From IMG/VR virus record IMGVR_UViG_3300030090_007211, positions 64,001-128,000 of that record: 64,000 bases of DNA. The stretch is one strand, 5' to 3'. The notes under the pieces were generated by a model, which searched no databases, was not told where the DNA came from, and saw nothing but the letters and a program-made list of their open reading frames with translations. A program made the translations under genes and the position numbers. Source of the stretch: a virus. Shown piece by piece: positions 17,266 to 27,688 of the stretch. Numbering within the stretch: the stretch's first letter is position 1; each line of letters begins with the position of its first letter.

Positions 17266-18249
17266 TTAACTCATTGCATGATGATGGTGCATAAAATATT
17301 CGTAAGGGATATAACCGATATATTTTCTACGATAATAATTATTATTAAACACATCTTTTATTATGTTAACTCCTTTAGAACCTGAGGCATGAATCATATC
17401 TACTTTATTACCATCTCTATTATGGACAAATCCTGTGTGTCTTGCGTTTTTACCTCTACCGGATCTCCCAAACAATAAAATATCTCCTTTTTTGGTTTCG
17501 CCCCAATTCTTTTTTCCTTTTCTAAATCCTTTTTCTCTCAATAGACTTCCCGTAGTATCACGACCAGGAGAATCTAATTCCTCAACGTGCCTAAATGTCC
17601 AATCTACTAACCCACTACAATCTCCACCTTCACCATCAAACTCGTCTCCCCACTTATATGGTTCCCCTAATCTTTCTTCTGCAGTTTTTACAATTTTATC
17701 CCCAATAGTTAAATCTACTTCTTCATGATCATAAACACCATCACTTTCTTCATCATCATATTCAATTTCATGGTGCTCTACCTCTTCCTCATCACTTACT
17801 ACTCCTTCTTCTACTGAATTAATTAATTCTTCTACCCCTTTATCATGAAACTTAGCTTCTTTAGTGATTTCCTCATATAATTTGGTATAGGTGTGTGGTC
17901 CTACAATTTTATCCCATTCCATTGAATCTTTAAATACGTCTTTTTGAAATTTCAGAACCGCATCAGCAGTATCAGGACCATATACCCCATCTATTCCATG
18001 TGGTCCAACATCATATCCTAATGCAACCAACATTTTTTGAACTCTTTTTACATGACTTTTTTCATTAGATTTATATCTTTTTAAATATCTACCGTCAATA
18101 TCTCTTTGCCATTCATCCGCATTTTTACTTAAACTTTGATTGGCTGCGGTGGCAACACCACCTATCGTCTTACCTAATTTACTAATAATACTTTCATCTT
18201 CACGTAAGATTATTTTCTTAAATTGGCTTTCCGTAATTTTAATTAACAT
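17266..18249 (-). CDS. Peptidoglycan-binding + NlpC/P60 cell-wall hydrolase
   Basis: VQKML..LGY..G..GIDGVYGP.T..AV..FQ; PYKWG..DCSGLV..GDILLF..HTG..MIHAS; leader MLIKITESQFKKIILRE. Confidence 0.9.
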   Translation of the reverse strand: MLIKITESQFKKIILREDESIISKLGKTIGGVATAANQSLSKNADEWQRDIDGRYLKRYKSNEKSHVKRVQKMLVALGYDVGPHGIDGVYGPDTADAVLKFQKDVFKDSMEWDKIVGPHTYTKLYEEITKEAKFHDKGVEELINSVEEGVVSDEEEVEHHEIEYDDEESDGVYDHEEVDLTIGDKIVKTAEERLGEPYKWGDEFDGEGGDCSGLVDWTFRHVEELDSPGRDTTGSLLREKGFRKGKKNWGETKKGDILLFGRSGRGKNARHTGFVHNRDGNKVDMIHASGSKGVNIIKDVFNNNYYRRKYIGYIPYEYFMHHHHAMS

Positions 18250-18332
18250 ATTTTTTTAGTTTTTTTATTATAAATATTTGGTTTTTTAATAAAAATGTTG
18301 TATATTTGATGAAATATCTAAAAAAATACGCT

Positions 18333-18965
18333 ATGTTAACCAAAATCAATCTACTTTCTATAATATTAATAATTGTCTTGGGGTGTGAAAAAGACAAACC
18401 TTCTAATCAGGTGACGACACCAACATATACCTATAATATCTTATTACAACCCTTAGATGATAAAATAAGTGAAGTTTACTTAACCAGTGCAGAAAGAAGC
18501 TTAAAAGAGTATTTTCCGGAAGTTACCATAAAGGTGGCAGAACCTCTTGTTTTACCTGATAAATGTTTTAATGGGAAAAGATATAGGGCTGATTCCATTA
18601 TTAGATATTTGAGGTCTATAAAGACTAACGAATATCAAACTATTGTGGGTATAACCTCCCAAGACATTTCCAATACTAGAACATTAACTAAAAATGGAAA
18701 GAAAATAGTTTATGATGATTATGGGATTTTAGGGTTGGGGTTTAAACCGGGTCCTAGCTGCGTTATTTCTTATTACAGAATGGCTCGCAATATTCCTATG
18801 TTTAGTAGGACTGTGGTTCATGAATATATGCATACTTTGGGTGTACCTCATTGTGAACATAAACATTGTTTGATGCAAGATGGGAAAGGTTCAGGAAAAA
18901 ATATGAGAGAATCTACCCACGTACATGCAGAGTGTAAACACATCGCACTAAAAGGATTACATTAA
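18333..18965 (+). CDS. Archaemetzincin-like (peptidase M54) zinc metalloprotease, lipoprotein
   Basis: HEYMHTLGVPHCEHKHCLM; VLGC lipobox; promoter 18277-18308; exact start uncertain. Confidence 0.75.
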   Translation: MLTKINLLSIILIIVLGCEKDKPSNQVTTPTYTYNILLQPLDDKISEVYLTSAERSLKEYFPEVTIKVAEPLVLPDKCFNGKRYRADSIIRYLRSIKTNEYQTIVGITSQDISNTRTLTKNGKKIVYDDYGILGLGFKPGPSCVISYYRMARNIPMFSRTVVHEYMHTLGVPHCEHKHCLMQDGKGSGKNMRESTHVHAECKHIALKGLH

Positions 18966-20470
18966 GTAATTTGAACACCGAATTCTTTAGTTAACGAAGA
19001 AGGGGATGGACAAAATTCATCTTGTCCCACACCACCTAATTTTATAAAGTAATCTCCTTCTTTTCCAGGTTCTACTTTTACTAAATAATCTTTAGGGTTT
19101 TCAGACATTAAAAATACTTGTGTCCCTATGTTTGCCATTGCTTGTACTTTTGGGTTTTGAATGAATTGTGGATCCACATTAAAACATCCAGCACTTAAAT
19201 CATATTTGCTTGTCATACTTTCTACTGCCTCAATATATTCTGGTGGAATATTTCCGTATTGTAAATCCTTTTTTAATAATTTACTTAATTCTGCATCTGC
19301 TACCAATCTATTTTTGACAGGTACTATTGCATGTATTGCAGTACCTAAATCCACTCCATCAAGTGTACCTAATCCCAATGTGTTAGGTATACCTTTTTTA
19401 CCCCTATAACCTTTTTTATAATATTTACTATTGATTTTATAAATACCTGGTGCTTGATATCGTTTATGTTTTTTGGCGAGAATAGAATAATTATATACTT
19501 TTCCTTTAGTATATTCTGGTTTATCTGAAGCAACCGAGTTACTTGAAACTATATTCCCTTTTACACAGGTTTTTATAAATTTTTTATTCTTTAATCGAAT
19601 TGCTTTCCATTCCCCTCCTGATAATTGACACCATTCTGCACGTGTAAATACTACATCTTGTTGTTTATCTGCACTAGCAACCGATTGGGAATAATCAATT
19701 AATTTATAGTCTTTAGTAAATGCTAACACTAAATTTAAACGTGGATCCACAATAAAAAATGGTTTACCATTATTTGCGTTTCTCACTTGTATATAAGCTA
19801 ATTCCTTATTAATTCTATCTGCGCCTGGTACAGTATCTTTTACTGCAAATCCTCTCTCAATAGCATCTTTTTTATCTTTAACATAATCCCAATAAGTTGG
19901 ATTATTATAACGATTAAATATAGAATATAAATTTTCACCATCTACAATATAATTTAATGCGGTTAAAATATATTTATTATCATGTTTACCCTTCGGATCT
20001 AATTTCAATTTCTCCGCAATTTTTTTATATTCATTATTAACAAATTGTCTAAATTTATTACCTTCTATTGTATTTTTAAAAGGTGAAACAACAATTCGTT
20101 CATCACCAGAAATGTTTTTATAATTTCTTAATAAGTTAGCTCGTCTACCACCAATTGGTGCGGTTTTCTGATTTGATTGGTGTTTAGTATCTACCTCCAT
20201 AGAAGTTAGGGTTTCAGGCCCCACTATCCCATCAATCTTTAATTTATTTTTACTCTGGTAATCTCTAACTGCCTTATAGGTTTTATCTCCATATTTACCA
20301 TCTACACCATCTTTATTAGGACCAGAAGTCCCCAAATCATACCCATTATTTTTTAAAATTTGTTGTATTTCTTTTACTTTTTCTCCTTTACTACCTCTTT
20401 TATAAAGAGTTGTTGTCTGCTCTTTAAGTATTAATTTTTTAAATTGACTTTCTGTTACTAATATTTTCAT
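18962..20470 (-). CDS. Peptidoglycan-binding + L,D-transpeptidase (YkuD-like) protein
   Basis: GVDGKYG..AVRDYQ..KIDGIVGPET; FFIVD..APGIY..TAIHA..SAGCFNV catalytic H/C; leader MKILVTESQFKKLILKEQ. Confidence 0.75.
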   Translation of the reverse strand: MKILVTESQFKKLILKEQTTTLYKRGSKGEKVKEIQQILKNNGYDLGTSGPNKDGVDGKYGDKTYKAVRDYQSKNKLKIDGIVGPETLTSMEVDTKHQSNQKTAPIGGRRANLLRNYKNISGDERIVVSPFKNTIEGNKFRQFVNNEYKKIAEKLKLDPKGKHDNKYILTALNYIVDGENLYSIFNRYNNPTYWDYVKDKKDAIERGFAVKDTVPGADRINKELAYIQVRNANNGKPFFIVDPRLNLVLAFTKDYKLIDYSQSVASADKQQDVVFTRAEWCQLSGGEWKAIRLKNKKFIKTCVKGNIVSSNSVASDKPEYTKGKVYNYSILAKKHKRYQAPGIYKINSKYYKKGYRGKKGIPNTLGLGTLDGVDLGTAIHAIVPVKNRLVADAELSKLLKKDLQYGNIPPEYIEAVESMTSKYDLSAGCFNVDPQFIQNPKVQAMANIGTQVFLMSENPKDYLVKVEPGKEGDYFIKLGGVGQDEFCPSPSSLTKEFGVQIT

Positions 20471-20503
20471 ATAATATAAATATAAAGAAAATGTAAAATA
20501 AAC

Positions 20504-21079
20504 CTATTTTTCCATATCAATAAACACATAATGGATAGGATCTATAGGTTTACAAAATTTAAGAATTTCATAGTGTAAATGACTACCAGTGCTGTGACCA
20601 CTACTACCTATCTTACCAATAGGAGTTTTATCTTTTATAAATTCCCCTTCTTTACATAATAATTTACTTAGATGTGCGTATTTTGTTTTATATCCTCCAC
20701 CATGATCAATAATCACACATTTCCCATATCCACCAGAATATTTTGCCAATTCAATAAAACCACTACCAGTGGCATAGACAGTATCTTTTTTATTACCTCT
20801 AAAATCTATACCATCATGATGTCTCCATCTTCTACTAAACGGATCTTTCCTCACCCCAAATTTACTACTTACTTCAATACATTTAACTGGTGAACCAAAA
20901 GGTATATAATCCCACATATCATTAAAAAGAGAATCTTGTAAAATCTGTTCATTGCGTAGTTGGTTGAGTTGGGTATTTTGTTCCTGTACTAGAGAAGATA
21001 AATTATTATAAGAAATCATAAAGTATAAACCCAATATACCTATGATTATACCGCTAAATAGGAATAGAAAATTTCTCAT
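20504..21079 (-). CDS. M23 family metallopeptidase with N-terminal TM
   Basis: SSKFGVRKDPF..HDGIDF..YAHL..GHSTGSHLHYE. Confidence 0.92.
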   Translation of the reverse strand: MRNFLFLFSGIIIGILGLYFMISYNNLSSLVQEQNTQLNQLRNEQILQDSLFNDMWDYIPFGSPVKCIEVSSKFGVRKDPFSRRWRHHDGIDFRGNKKDTVYATGSGFIELAKYSGGYGKCVIIDHGGGYKTKYAHLSKLLCKEGEFIKDKTPIGKIGSSGHSTGSHLHYEILKFCKPIDPIHYVFIDMEK

Positions 21080-21088
21080 AGATTTAAT

Positions 21089-21661
21089 CTATTCTTTAAT
21101 AAACCAATATAAATCTTTTTGATGGTAGGTCCTATCAATACATTTTAGTCGTTCTTGTTTTTCTATGATTGTGTCAGGTTTAAATTTTTTCTTATAGAGA
21201 AAGAGACATCCTGGTTTAATAGTGTTATAAATATATAAATTGGTTTTAACTTCATATCCCGTATTATCTGCGTATACTACCGTAGCATCTGAAAAATCCT
21301 TATTTTCAATCTTATCACAATAAAATTCTATATTTGTTTTATCTTTTCCATACTCTTCTAATAAATCTATTGCCCCTTGATGTCTTTCTTTACTATATTC
21401 TATACCCACACTTTTTTTTATACCATATTGTAAACCATAGTGTAATACTGTTTTTCCTAACCCACTACCTAAATCATAAAAAATGGTGTCCTCATTAAAA
21501 TATTTTTTAAAATTTTCCACAATCTGATTTCCACCTTTTTGAGTTAATTCACCATATACCCCTTGATCTCTTACACTAGGCCAAATACTTGTAAAATTAG
21601 TTTTATTTTTATATTTTGAGTAAGGGCTGGTTTTATAAATTTTTTTTATTATTTCATTCAT
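21089..21661 (-). CDS. DOT1-like class I SAM-dependent methyltransferase
   Basis: VYGEL..FYDLGSGLGK..GIEYS.ERH..DFSDATVVYADN. Confidence 0.75.
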   Translation of the reverse strand: MNEIIKKIYKTSPYSKYKNKTNFTSIWPSVRDQGVYGELTQKGGNQIVENFKKYFNEDTIFYDLGSGLGKTVLHYGLQYGIKKSVGIEYSKERHQGAIDLLEEYGKDKTNIEFYCDKIENKDFSDATVVYADNTGYEVKTNLYIYNTIKPGCLFLYKKKFKPDTIIEKQERLKCIDRTYHQKDLYWFIKE

Positions 21662-21665
21662 AGTT

Positions 21666-22235
21666 TTATTCTTTTATTAACCAATAAATGAAATCGTGTA
21701 GATAAGTTCTAGGAATCCCATTTTCTTGGTGGATAGTTTCTGTTATTTCATCAGGATTATAACCTAATCTCTTAAATAAATATAGACAATTTTTAGGAAC
21801 TTTATCATAAACTTCTTTACATACTTCACCTGGCAATAAAGTATTATCACAATAAACTACTGTTGCATCACTAATATCACATTCTTGAAAAGCCATATTA
21901 AAAAATTCAATGTTATCTGTGGAAGGTGCGTACTGATTTTTTAAATGAATTGCCCCCTTATGACGAGGGGGACTATACTCAATACCAATAGATTTGCGAG
22001 GATTAACGGTTAATCCTACATGTAAAACCATTTTACCTAATCCACTTCCTATATCATAAAACACCATATCTTTATTAAAGTAATCACTAAATTTATCCAT
22101 CAGTATTTCTGTACCTCTTTGAGATATTTCTCCATAATGTGATGACCCAATTTTCCTATCAATATACTTTCTATTTTTCCAAGGATATACGTTTGGGTTT
22201 AGTTTATAAATTTTTTTAAGATTTTCTTCTACCAT
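21666..22235 (-). CDS. DOT1-like class I SAM-dependent methyltransferase (paralog)
   Basis: HYGEI..FYDIGSGLGK..GIEYS..RH..DISDATVVYCDN. Confidence 0.75.
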   Translation of the reverse strand: MVEENLKKIYKLNPNVYPWKNRKYIDRKIGSSHYGEISQRGTEILMDKFSDYFNKDMVFYDIGSGLGKMVLHVGLTVNPRKSIGIEYSPPRHKGAIHLKNQYAPSTDNIEFFNMAFQECDISDATVVYCDNTLLPGEVCKEVYDKVPKNCLYLFKRLGYNPDEITETIHQENGIPRTYLHDFIYWLIKE

Positions 22236-22365
22236 TTTTAATTTTTAATCTTACCCACATAATAGGATATGCGATTATTGCAAAGATAAGGAATCCTATC
22301 ATTTTTAATACCATATTACCAAAGGTATAAATGTGTTCCCATATATTTTTTAATAGTTTTTTCAT
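22216..22365 (-). CDS. Small TM protein, 49 aa (not in track)
   Basis: MKKLLKNIWEHIYTFGNMVLKMIGFLIFAIIAYPIMWVRLKIKNGRRKS; overlaps methyltransferase start. Confidence 0.45.
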   Translation of the reverse strand: MKKLLKNIWEHIYTFGNMVLKMIGFLIFAIIAYPIMWVRLKIKNGRRKS

Positions 22366-22711
22366 ACACATACAATTAAAATGGAGGGAGGGATAGAAAA
22401 ATCTGAGATAGGGGCTTTAACCCACTTGGCTTTTCTCTTTCTCTATGAAACTTTTCTTCTCCCAACCTTCTCATTTATTTTTATTTACTATGTGACTATA
22501 TACCATCCATACTGCATAAGTCAGTATAAGGATCTGAAATTCTAATAACAAAGTAAAGTCCATATTAATAAATAGTAGAATATATAATAAACATTTTATC
22601 TTTTTATATTTAACTTCATCGGTTAAAATACCCTATTCATCGGTATTTTCTTACTTTTCCCTAAGATTATTGGTATAATAGGTTACTTATTAAAAAGAAA
22701 ATTATAAAATT

Positions 22712-23485
22712 ATGAATATCGAAAAAAGAAAAGACAGATTAGCAGACTTATCAATGATCCTTATATTGATAATATTTTTATTTTTAGGTGTAACTATGTT
22801 ATCCGCACAATCAACTCCATACCCCCAATTTCAAAACCCATCTTTAGAGGATGCAATTGGTGTAGGTGTTTCACCTTGGGGATATTCAAAATGTACTACT
22901 GGTGGTCCCTCCTCACCAGATATTCAACCAGGTATTTGGAATGTATTTTTACAACCTTCAGATGGTTTTAGTTATGTTGGGTTTATTTGTAGAGGAAATA
23001 ATACGTGGGAAAGTTTCACAACTCAATTAAATGCTCCGTTATGGGGTGGAACTCAATATGCATTTCTTGTAGATCTTGCCTCTTCAGATAAATATTTTGG
23101 TTATAATGATTCTGCTGCAACTTTAAAAATATGGGGTGGAAACTCCAACTGCGATAAACAATATTTGTTATGGGAATCAACCCCAGTTACTAATGTAAAC
23201 TATTGGAAAACAGATACAGTAATATTTACAACAAGTGAAAAATCAATAACCCATCTAACATTCGAACCAGGCTATACAACTTCATTACCATATAAGGGAA
23301 ATGTATTAATAGATAACATACGCCCTTATAATGGTACTGTTGTAGGAATAGAAGATATTAGAATGGATGAAAAAGAAACTAAAATATATGATCTATTAGG
23401 TAGAGAGATAGAAAATTGGGAATCCATACCTCTTAATACTCTTTATATTGAAGGTGGTGAAAAGAAAGTTAAATATTCTTTTTAA
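22712..23485 (+). CDS. Secreted beta-sandwich protein with T9SS-like C-terminal tail
   Basis: Signal peptide; PSDGFSYVG..WES..L..G..Y; tail VGIE..KIYDLLGREI..LYI..KK. Confidence 0.65.
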   Translation: MNIEKRKDRLADLSMILILIIFLFLGVTMLSAQSTPYPQFQNPSLEDAIGVGVSPWGYSKCTTGGPSSPDIQPGIWNVFLQPSDGFSYVGFICRGNNTWESFTTQLNAPLWGGTQYAFLVDLASSDKYFGYNDSAATLKIWGGNSNCDKQYLLWESTPVTNVNYWKTDTVIFTTSEKSITHLTFEPGYTTSLPYKGNVLIDNIRPYNGTVVGIEDIRMDEKETKIYDLLGREIENWESIPLNTLYIEGGEKKVKYSF

Positions 23486-23486
23486 G

Positions 23487-23855
23487 TCATCTTGCAAAAT
23501 TTCTAGTTCCGTTTTCTTCTATTATTACCACTTTCTTCAGTTTATTCATTACTGCGCAAACTCTTTCCATTTTGGATTGTCTATCTGTATCGTAGGATCC
23601 GTATTTTTGTCTTTGGGCAATTTCTGTTCTATCATCTACCACTACCCCATATAGGTCAATAAATTCCCTGATCAACTCCGCCATAGTAGATTTACCACTT
23701 CCACTTAATCCTGTTATGGTTATTAATAACTCATCCTGTTGAAGTGTTTCTATGGGTATTTCCCTACATGGATTAATCCATGTTAGTGATACATCACCTG
23801 TATTGTTAGATGTGGTAATGATATGATCCCGTAATGTTGTTAGTTTTTGTGCCAT
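23487..23855 (-). CDS. Small P-loop protein
   Basis: ITITGLSGSGKST Walker A. Confidence 0.6.
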   Translation of the reverse strand: MAQKLTTLRDHIITTSNNTGDVSLTWINPCREIPIETLQQDELLITITGLSGSGKSTMAELIREFIDLYGVVVDDRTEIAQRQKYGSYDTDRQSKMERVCAVMNKLKKVVIIEENGTRNFAR

Positions 23856-23874
23856 TCGTATATCTTTTTAATTG

Positions 23875-24201
23875 TTATTTATGATTGAATAACCAGCGAG
23901 TAAATTCATTATCGCGGTTAACTTCTATTTTATAATTAGGATACTTTGTATGCATAAATTTAATTATTTCTATTACATCTTTATCTCTAGTTTGGGGGTC
24001 ACAGATAGTCAGAGTTATTTCTCTAACTAACTTTCCTTCATAGAGTTCCCATTCCATTTCCCTTATATTAGCGATACATTCTCCTTTTTTAAGTACGTCC
24101 CATCCATCGACCTCATAACCTTTCTCCACAATTTGTTTCCCTGTTAACTTATAACATGTACAACTACTTAGAATAATAATCAATAACAGTATCTTACTCA
24201 T
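23875..24201 (-). CDS. Lipoprotein
   Basis: LLIIILSSC lipobox. Confidence 0.65.
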   Translation of the reverse strand: MSKILLLIIILSSCTCYKLTGKQIVEKGYEVDGWDVLKKGECIANIREMEWELYEGKLVREITLTICDPQTRDKDVIEIIKFMHTKYPNYKIEVNRDNEFTRWLFNHK

Positions 24202-24440
24202 CTTTGTTGTTTTAATCTTTCTTCTATTACCCAGTTATGTTTTTTAAATATTATTACTGGTTTTTCTTCATTAGATATATTATCCCATGATTTATATATC
24301 ATATAACCCATATGTGTCTTTGCAAGAAATAGGGTATCTCTGTTTGGACTTATGTGTGAGAATATCACACTACTATCTACACTTTGTGCTCCGATGGTTT
24401 GGGTAATTAATAACCCCATCATTAAAACTATTTTTTTCAT
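24198..24440 (-). CDS. Secreted hypothetical protein
   Basis: Signal peptide ..IGA-QSVDS. Confidence 0.55.
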   Translation of the reverse strand: MKKIVLMMGLLITQTIGAQSVDSSVIFSHISPNRDTLFLAKTHMGYMIYKSWDNISNEEKPVIIFKKHNWVIEERLKQQR

Positions 24441-24457
24441 CTATTTTGTCTATATTG

Positions 24458-24961
24458 TTAATTTTTATTTGTTAAAATTTTTCTAATACTCCATTTTGCT
24501 CTATGGTAAGTAGATTTGGAGGTACCTTCAGTAATATTCAATTCATCCGCCACTTCTTTATGTTTATATCCGTTAAGTACCATATCAAAAACCTTTAATT
24601 TAACTGGGGATAACTGATTTTTAACTTTTAATACATCTTCAATAGTAAATCCATATTCCTCATGAATATTATCATCTTTACATAAAGCACGATCACCTAT
24701 AATTTCTAAAGGTATTTCCGTATTAACTGGTAAAGTTTTTTTACGTTTAGCGTCAAGAATTGTGTTAATTATTATTCTCCTCACCCATCCCTCAAATGAA
24801 CCTTTTTCCTCGTAGTTAGATAAATTATGATATACTTTTATAAACCCTTGTTGACACCATTCCTGTGCTTGATCCAAATCTTGTGTGTATTTCATCCCTA
24901 CTTGGTATAACATTTTTTCCCATAGTGCGGAATACACTTCTTCCATTCGTATTTCACCCAT
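24458..24961 (-). CDS. ECF-type RNA polymerase sigma-70 factor
   Basis: QQGFIKVY..L..Y..KGSFEGWVRRI..NT.LD (region 2); GYKHKEVA..LNI.EGTSKS..HRA (region 4). Confidence 0.9.
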   Translation of the reverse strand: MGEIRMEEVYSALWEKMLYQVGMKYTQDLDQAQEWCQQGFIKVYHNLSNYEEKGSFEGWVRRIIINTILDAKRKKTLPVNTEIPLEIIGDRALCKDDNIHEEYGFTIEDVLKVKNQLSPVKLKVFDMVLNGYKHKEVADELNITEGTSKSTYHRAKWSIRKILTNKN

Positions 24962-25012
24962 ATTATTAAATTTAATATAAAAATAATAATAATATATGAG
25001 AAAAACAAATCT

Positions 25013-25738
25013 TTATACCATATTTTCTTTAATAGATAATCTTTCCCTACTAGGTTGGCAATCTCCAATCTCACTCCCAATATATCTTCTATTGGTTTGT
25101 TGACATGCTAATGCAGTAGTTCCGCTACCCATAAATGGATCGTAAACTATATCGTTCTCATCTGTGCACGATAGAATACAATTTAAAGGTAATTCTATAG
25201 GGAAAGGTGCAGGAAATTTATTATCCTTATCAGGATTAAATGTCCATACCACCTTATTAAAAATACTATTCTTCCTATTAAATTTAACTCTACTATCTTT
25301 AGTTTTTTGTAACCAAAAAATATATTCTATTGTTGGGAAGAAATAAGATTTATCTAATTTAGGGGTATTTTTTCTATCCCATATTATAGTTTGTTTTAAA
25401 GGAAAATCAAATATATAAGTAGGAAATATTTCTTGATGTAATTTTTGTATTGGTTGGTGGTTATAGAAAAATGATCCTGTAGGTTTTAAAACCCTTAAAC
25501 ACTCTGTTATAACCTTACGTTGCCATTCATCATATTCGTGAGGTAACAAACAATCATTATAACCATCATATTCTATTCTTCTAGATTTGGTACCGAAACC
25601 ATTTTTCATATTTCTATTACTACTCCAGTACCCTTTATTATACGGTGGTGAGGTAACTATCAAGTCAATAGAACTATCTTCCATTCTTGATAGGGTTACT
25701 AAACAATCCTCATTATAAATTGTATCTTTTTCAATCAT
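25013..25738 (-). CDS. Site-specific DNA methyltransferase (N4C/N6A, beta class)
   Basis: DLIVTSPPYN ... PAPFP ... VYDPFMGSGTT ... YIGSEI. Confidence 0.93.
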   Translation of the reverse strand: MIEKDTIYNEDCLVTLSRMEDSSIDLIVTSPPYNKGYWSSNRNMKNGFGTKSRRIEYDGYNDCLLPHEYDEWQRKVITECLRVLKPTGSFFYNHQPIQKLHQEIFPTYIFDFPLKQTIIWDRKNTPKLDKSYFFPTIEYIFWLQKTKDSRVKFNRKNSIFNKVVWTFNPDKDNKFPAPFPIELPLNCILSCTDENDIVYDPFMGSGTTALACQQTNRRYIGSEIGDCQPSRERLSIKENMV

Positions 25739-25997
25739 CTCTTAATAAATCAAATTCTTCACATTTAACTTTTTCTCTAACCCAGTCTTCTTGTAACGCA
25801 TCCGCCAATGTCATAGAATATTTTTCACCTTCTTCTTTCTTCATTTCCAACTCCCACATATTCTCACTTAAATATTCAAAGGCTTCTTCGTCACTCATTC
25901 CTTTTAATTCTTCGTAATCATCAGTATCTATCTCAATAGTATGACTATTCCGATAAGTGTACCAACTTTCTGCCATATATACTTTTAATTTACTCAT
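25731..25997 (-). CDS. Acidic hypothetical protein
   Basis: 88-aa ORF coupled to methyltransferase. Confidence 0.6.
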   Translation of the reverse strand: MSKLKVYMAESWYTYRNSHTIEIDTDDYEELKGMSDEEAFEYLSENMWELEMKKEEGEKYSMTLADALQEDWVREKVKCEEFDLLRDD

Positions 25998-26429
25998 CTT
26001 TGTTTTGGTTTATATACAATGATCCACTATTGGACCATCAGTGTTAGTATTTAATAATCCTTTAATCAAATGAACGTCTCCTTTGATGGTATGGGTATTA
26101 TTATCTTCATAAGTGATATAAATTATACCCTTTTCTATTTTAATTTCTTTTATATTGTCTAAGGATAATTTATTCATCTAACTCTTTTAAAATTTCTTTT
26201 AATTCAAAACACCATATTTCTACCATATCTGGTTCGGTCGAAATAGCACAGCATGCACTATTATTTTCTTCTATCTCTTCTACTATTTCAAGTGCTCTTT
26301 TAATATTGGATTTCATCTTCTAAAATATTACCTATCTCCACTATATCACTTACTACACTATTATAAAATTGTATTAACATCATAATAATAAACAAAAAAA
26401 TTATAATACTCAATAATATTTTAATTTTA

Positions 26430-27146
26430 TTATCCTTCATACTTAAAATAATCTACAATGAATTCAGAATAGGTAGGATTGTTAATATCCACCCCATCAT
26501 CTACTGCATTGTTAATGATAACATTCATATGTTTATCATTGAGCTCGTCTAGTATTTTTTTATCTTTTATTACTCTAACTTTCTTTTCGTTATAATAGAT
26601 ACTTACTTTATTAGGTGTCCATTCACAAGCATACTTTAAAAAATGTTTAGAGGGATTCTTAAACCCCATCCAGTGAGATTTTGCACCTATACTATAGTTA
26701 TTGGGGGTAATACCTAAATGAACATTAGTATTAACATGCCAAAATCCTAATGGATTAGTAATGTCAAACCTAAAATAACCTTTTCTATTTCTCGTATATC
26801 CCTCAAATACATCAATTTCTGGTGGCCAACTATCAAATGACCACATCCAAAATGCTGGCCATAAATGTTTACCCGCAGGTAATTTAGCTTTTATCTCAAA
26901 ATAACCATGTTTAAATTTAGTAGTATTCGAAACCAAACCTACCCCTATCTCACTCTTTACACCTAAATGTGGAAAATATTGTGAATTTTTATGTGTCTTT
27001 AAAACTAATTGTTCTTTTCCATCCGCACAATATATCATTTCTACCGCACTAGGATCATACCAACAAAACGATTTATTGGGATGTATCTGACCCCATCTTT
27101 CTTGAGTTATCCATTCATACCCCGACCATTGAAACCTGTCTTTCAT
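26430..27146 (-). CDS. Glycoside hydrolase family 16
   Basis: GYFEIKAKLP..WPAFWM..WPPEIDVFE catalytic ExDxxE; YACEWTP; F.VDY. Confidence 0.9.
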   Translation of the reverse strand: MKDRFQWSGYEWITQERWGQIHPNKSFCWYDPSAVEMIYCADGKEQLVLKTHKNSQYFPHLGVKSEIGVGLVSNTTKFKHGYFEIKAKLPAGKHLWPAFWMWSFDSWPPEIDVFEGYTRNRKGYFRFDITNPLGFWHVNTNVHLGITPNNYSIGAKSHWMGFKNPSKHFLKYACEWTPNKVSIYYNEKKVRVIKDKKILDELNDKHMNVIINNAVDDGVDINNPTYSEFIVDYFKYEG

Positions 27147-27295
27147 TATCTATGATTTCTTTTTCTTTTAAATTTATTTATAATTTCATCCGCCTCCTCA
27201 ATTTGTGATTGTAATTCATCATGGAGAAATATCACCCCCATAATTGCAATAATAACACCACATGACCCAAAAATAATAATAAATTCCATATATTT

Positions 27296-27688
27296 TTATT
27301 CAGGTAAATGTTCCCACTTACCGTTATTTAATAATTTAAAACTCCCAACATATTTTTGTTTCCATTCATTAGGGGAGATAATACTTAAAAAATCACCACC
27401 ATCTTTTCTTTCATACAAAAAATAAATTTCACCCACTATTGGGTCAAAAGCACATTGTGCCTCATATACCCTATTATTCCATTTATACTCTTCCACTAGT
27501 TTGTCATATTCATTTTTAATTTCTGTTAGTTTACTTTTAAAATATTGGGTTGCTTTAATACAATTTTCATCATCAATTACTAAAGGTTTAAAATTAGGGG
27601 AACCAATCGTAGTAGGATATTCTTTTTTAGAAGCATCATACTGATGTGTTTCTTCATTATAAACTATGTAATCCGGTTTCTTCTCCAT
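27296..27688 (-). CDS. DUF2452-like protein
   Basis: YPT..GSP.F..VYEA..FDPIVGEIYFLY..FLSIISPNEW. Confidence 0.75.
   Translation of the reverse strand: MEKKPDYIVYNEETHQYDASKKEYPTTIGSPNFKPLVIDDENCIKATQYFKSKLTEIKNEYDKLVEEYKWNNRVYEAQCAFDPIVGEIYFLYERKDGGDFLSIISPNEWKQKYVGSFKLLNNGKWEHLPE

Noticed and set aside
22381-22430. GGAGGGAGGG motif also near 7923 and 10606
   Set aside because: Short, low-complexity, and one copy is coding; cannot be distinguished from chance.
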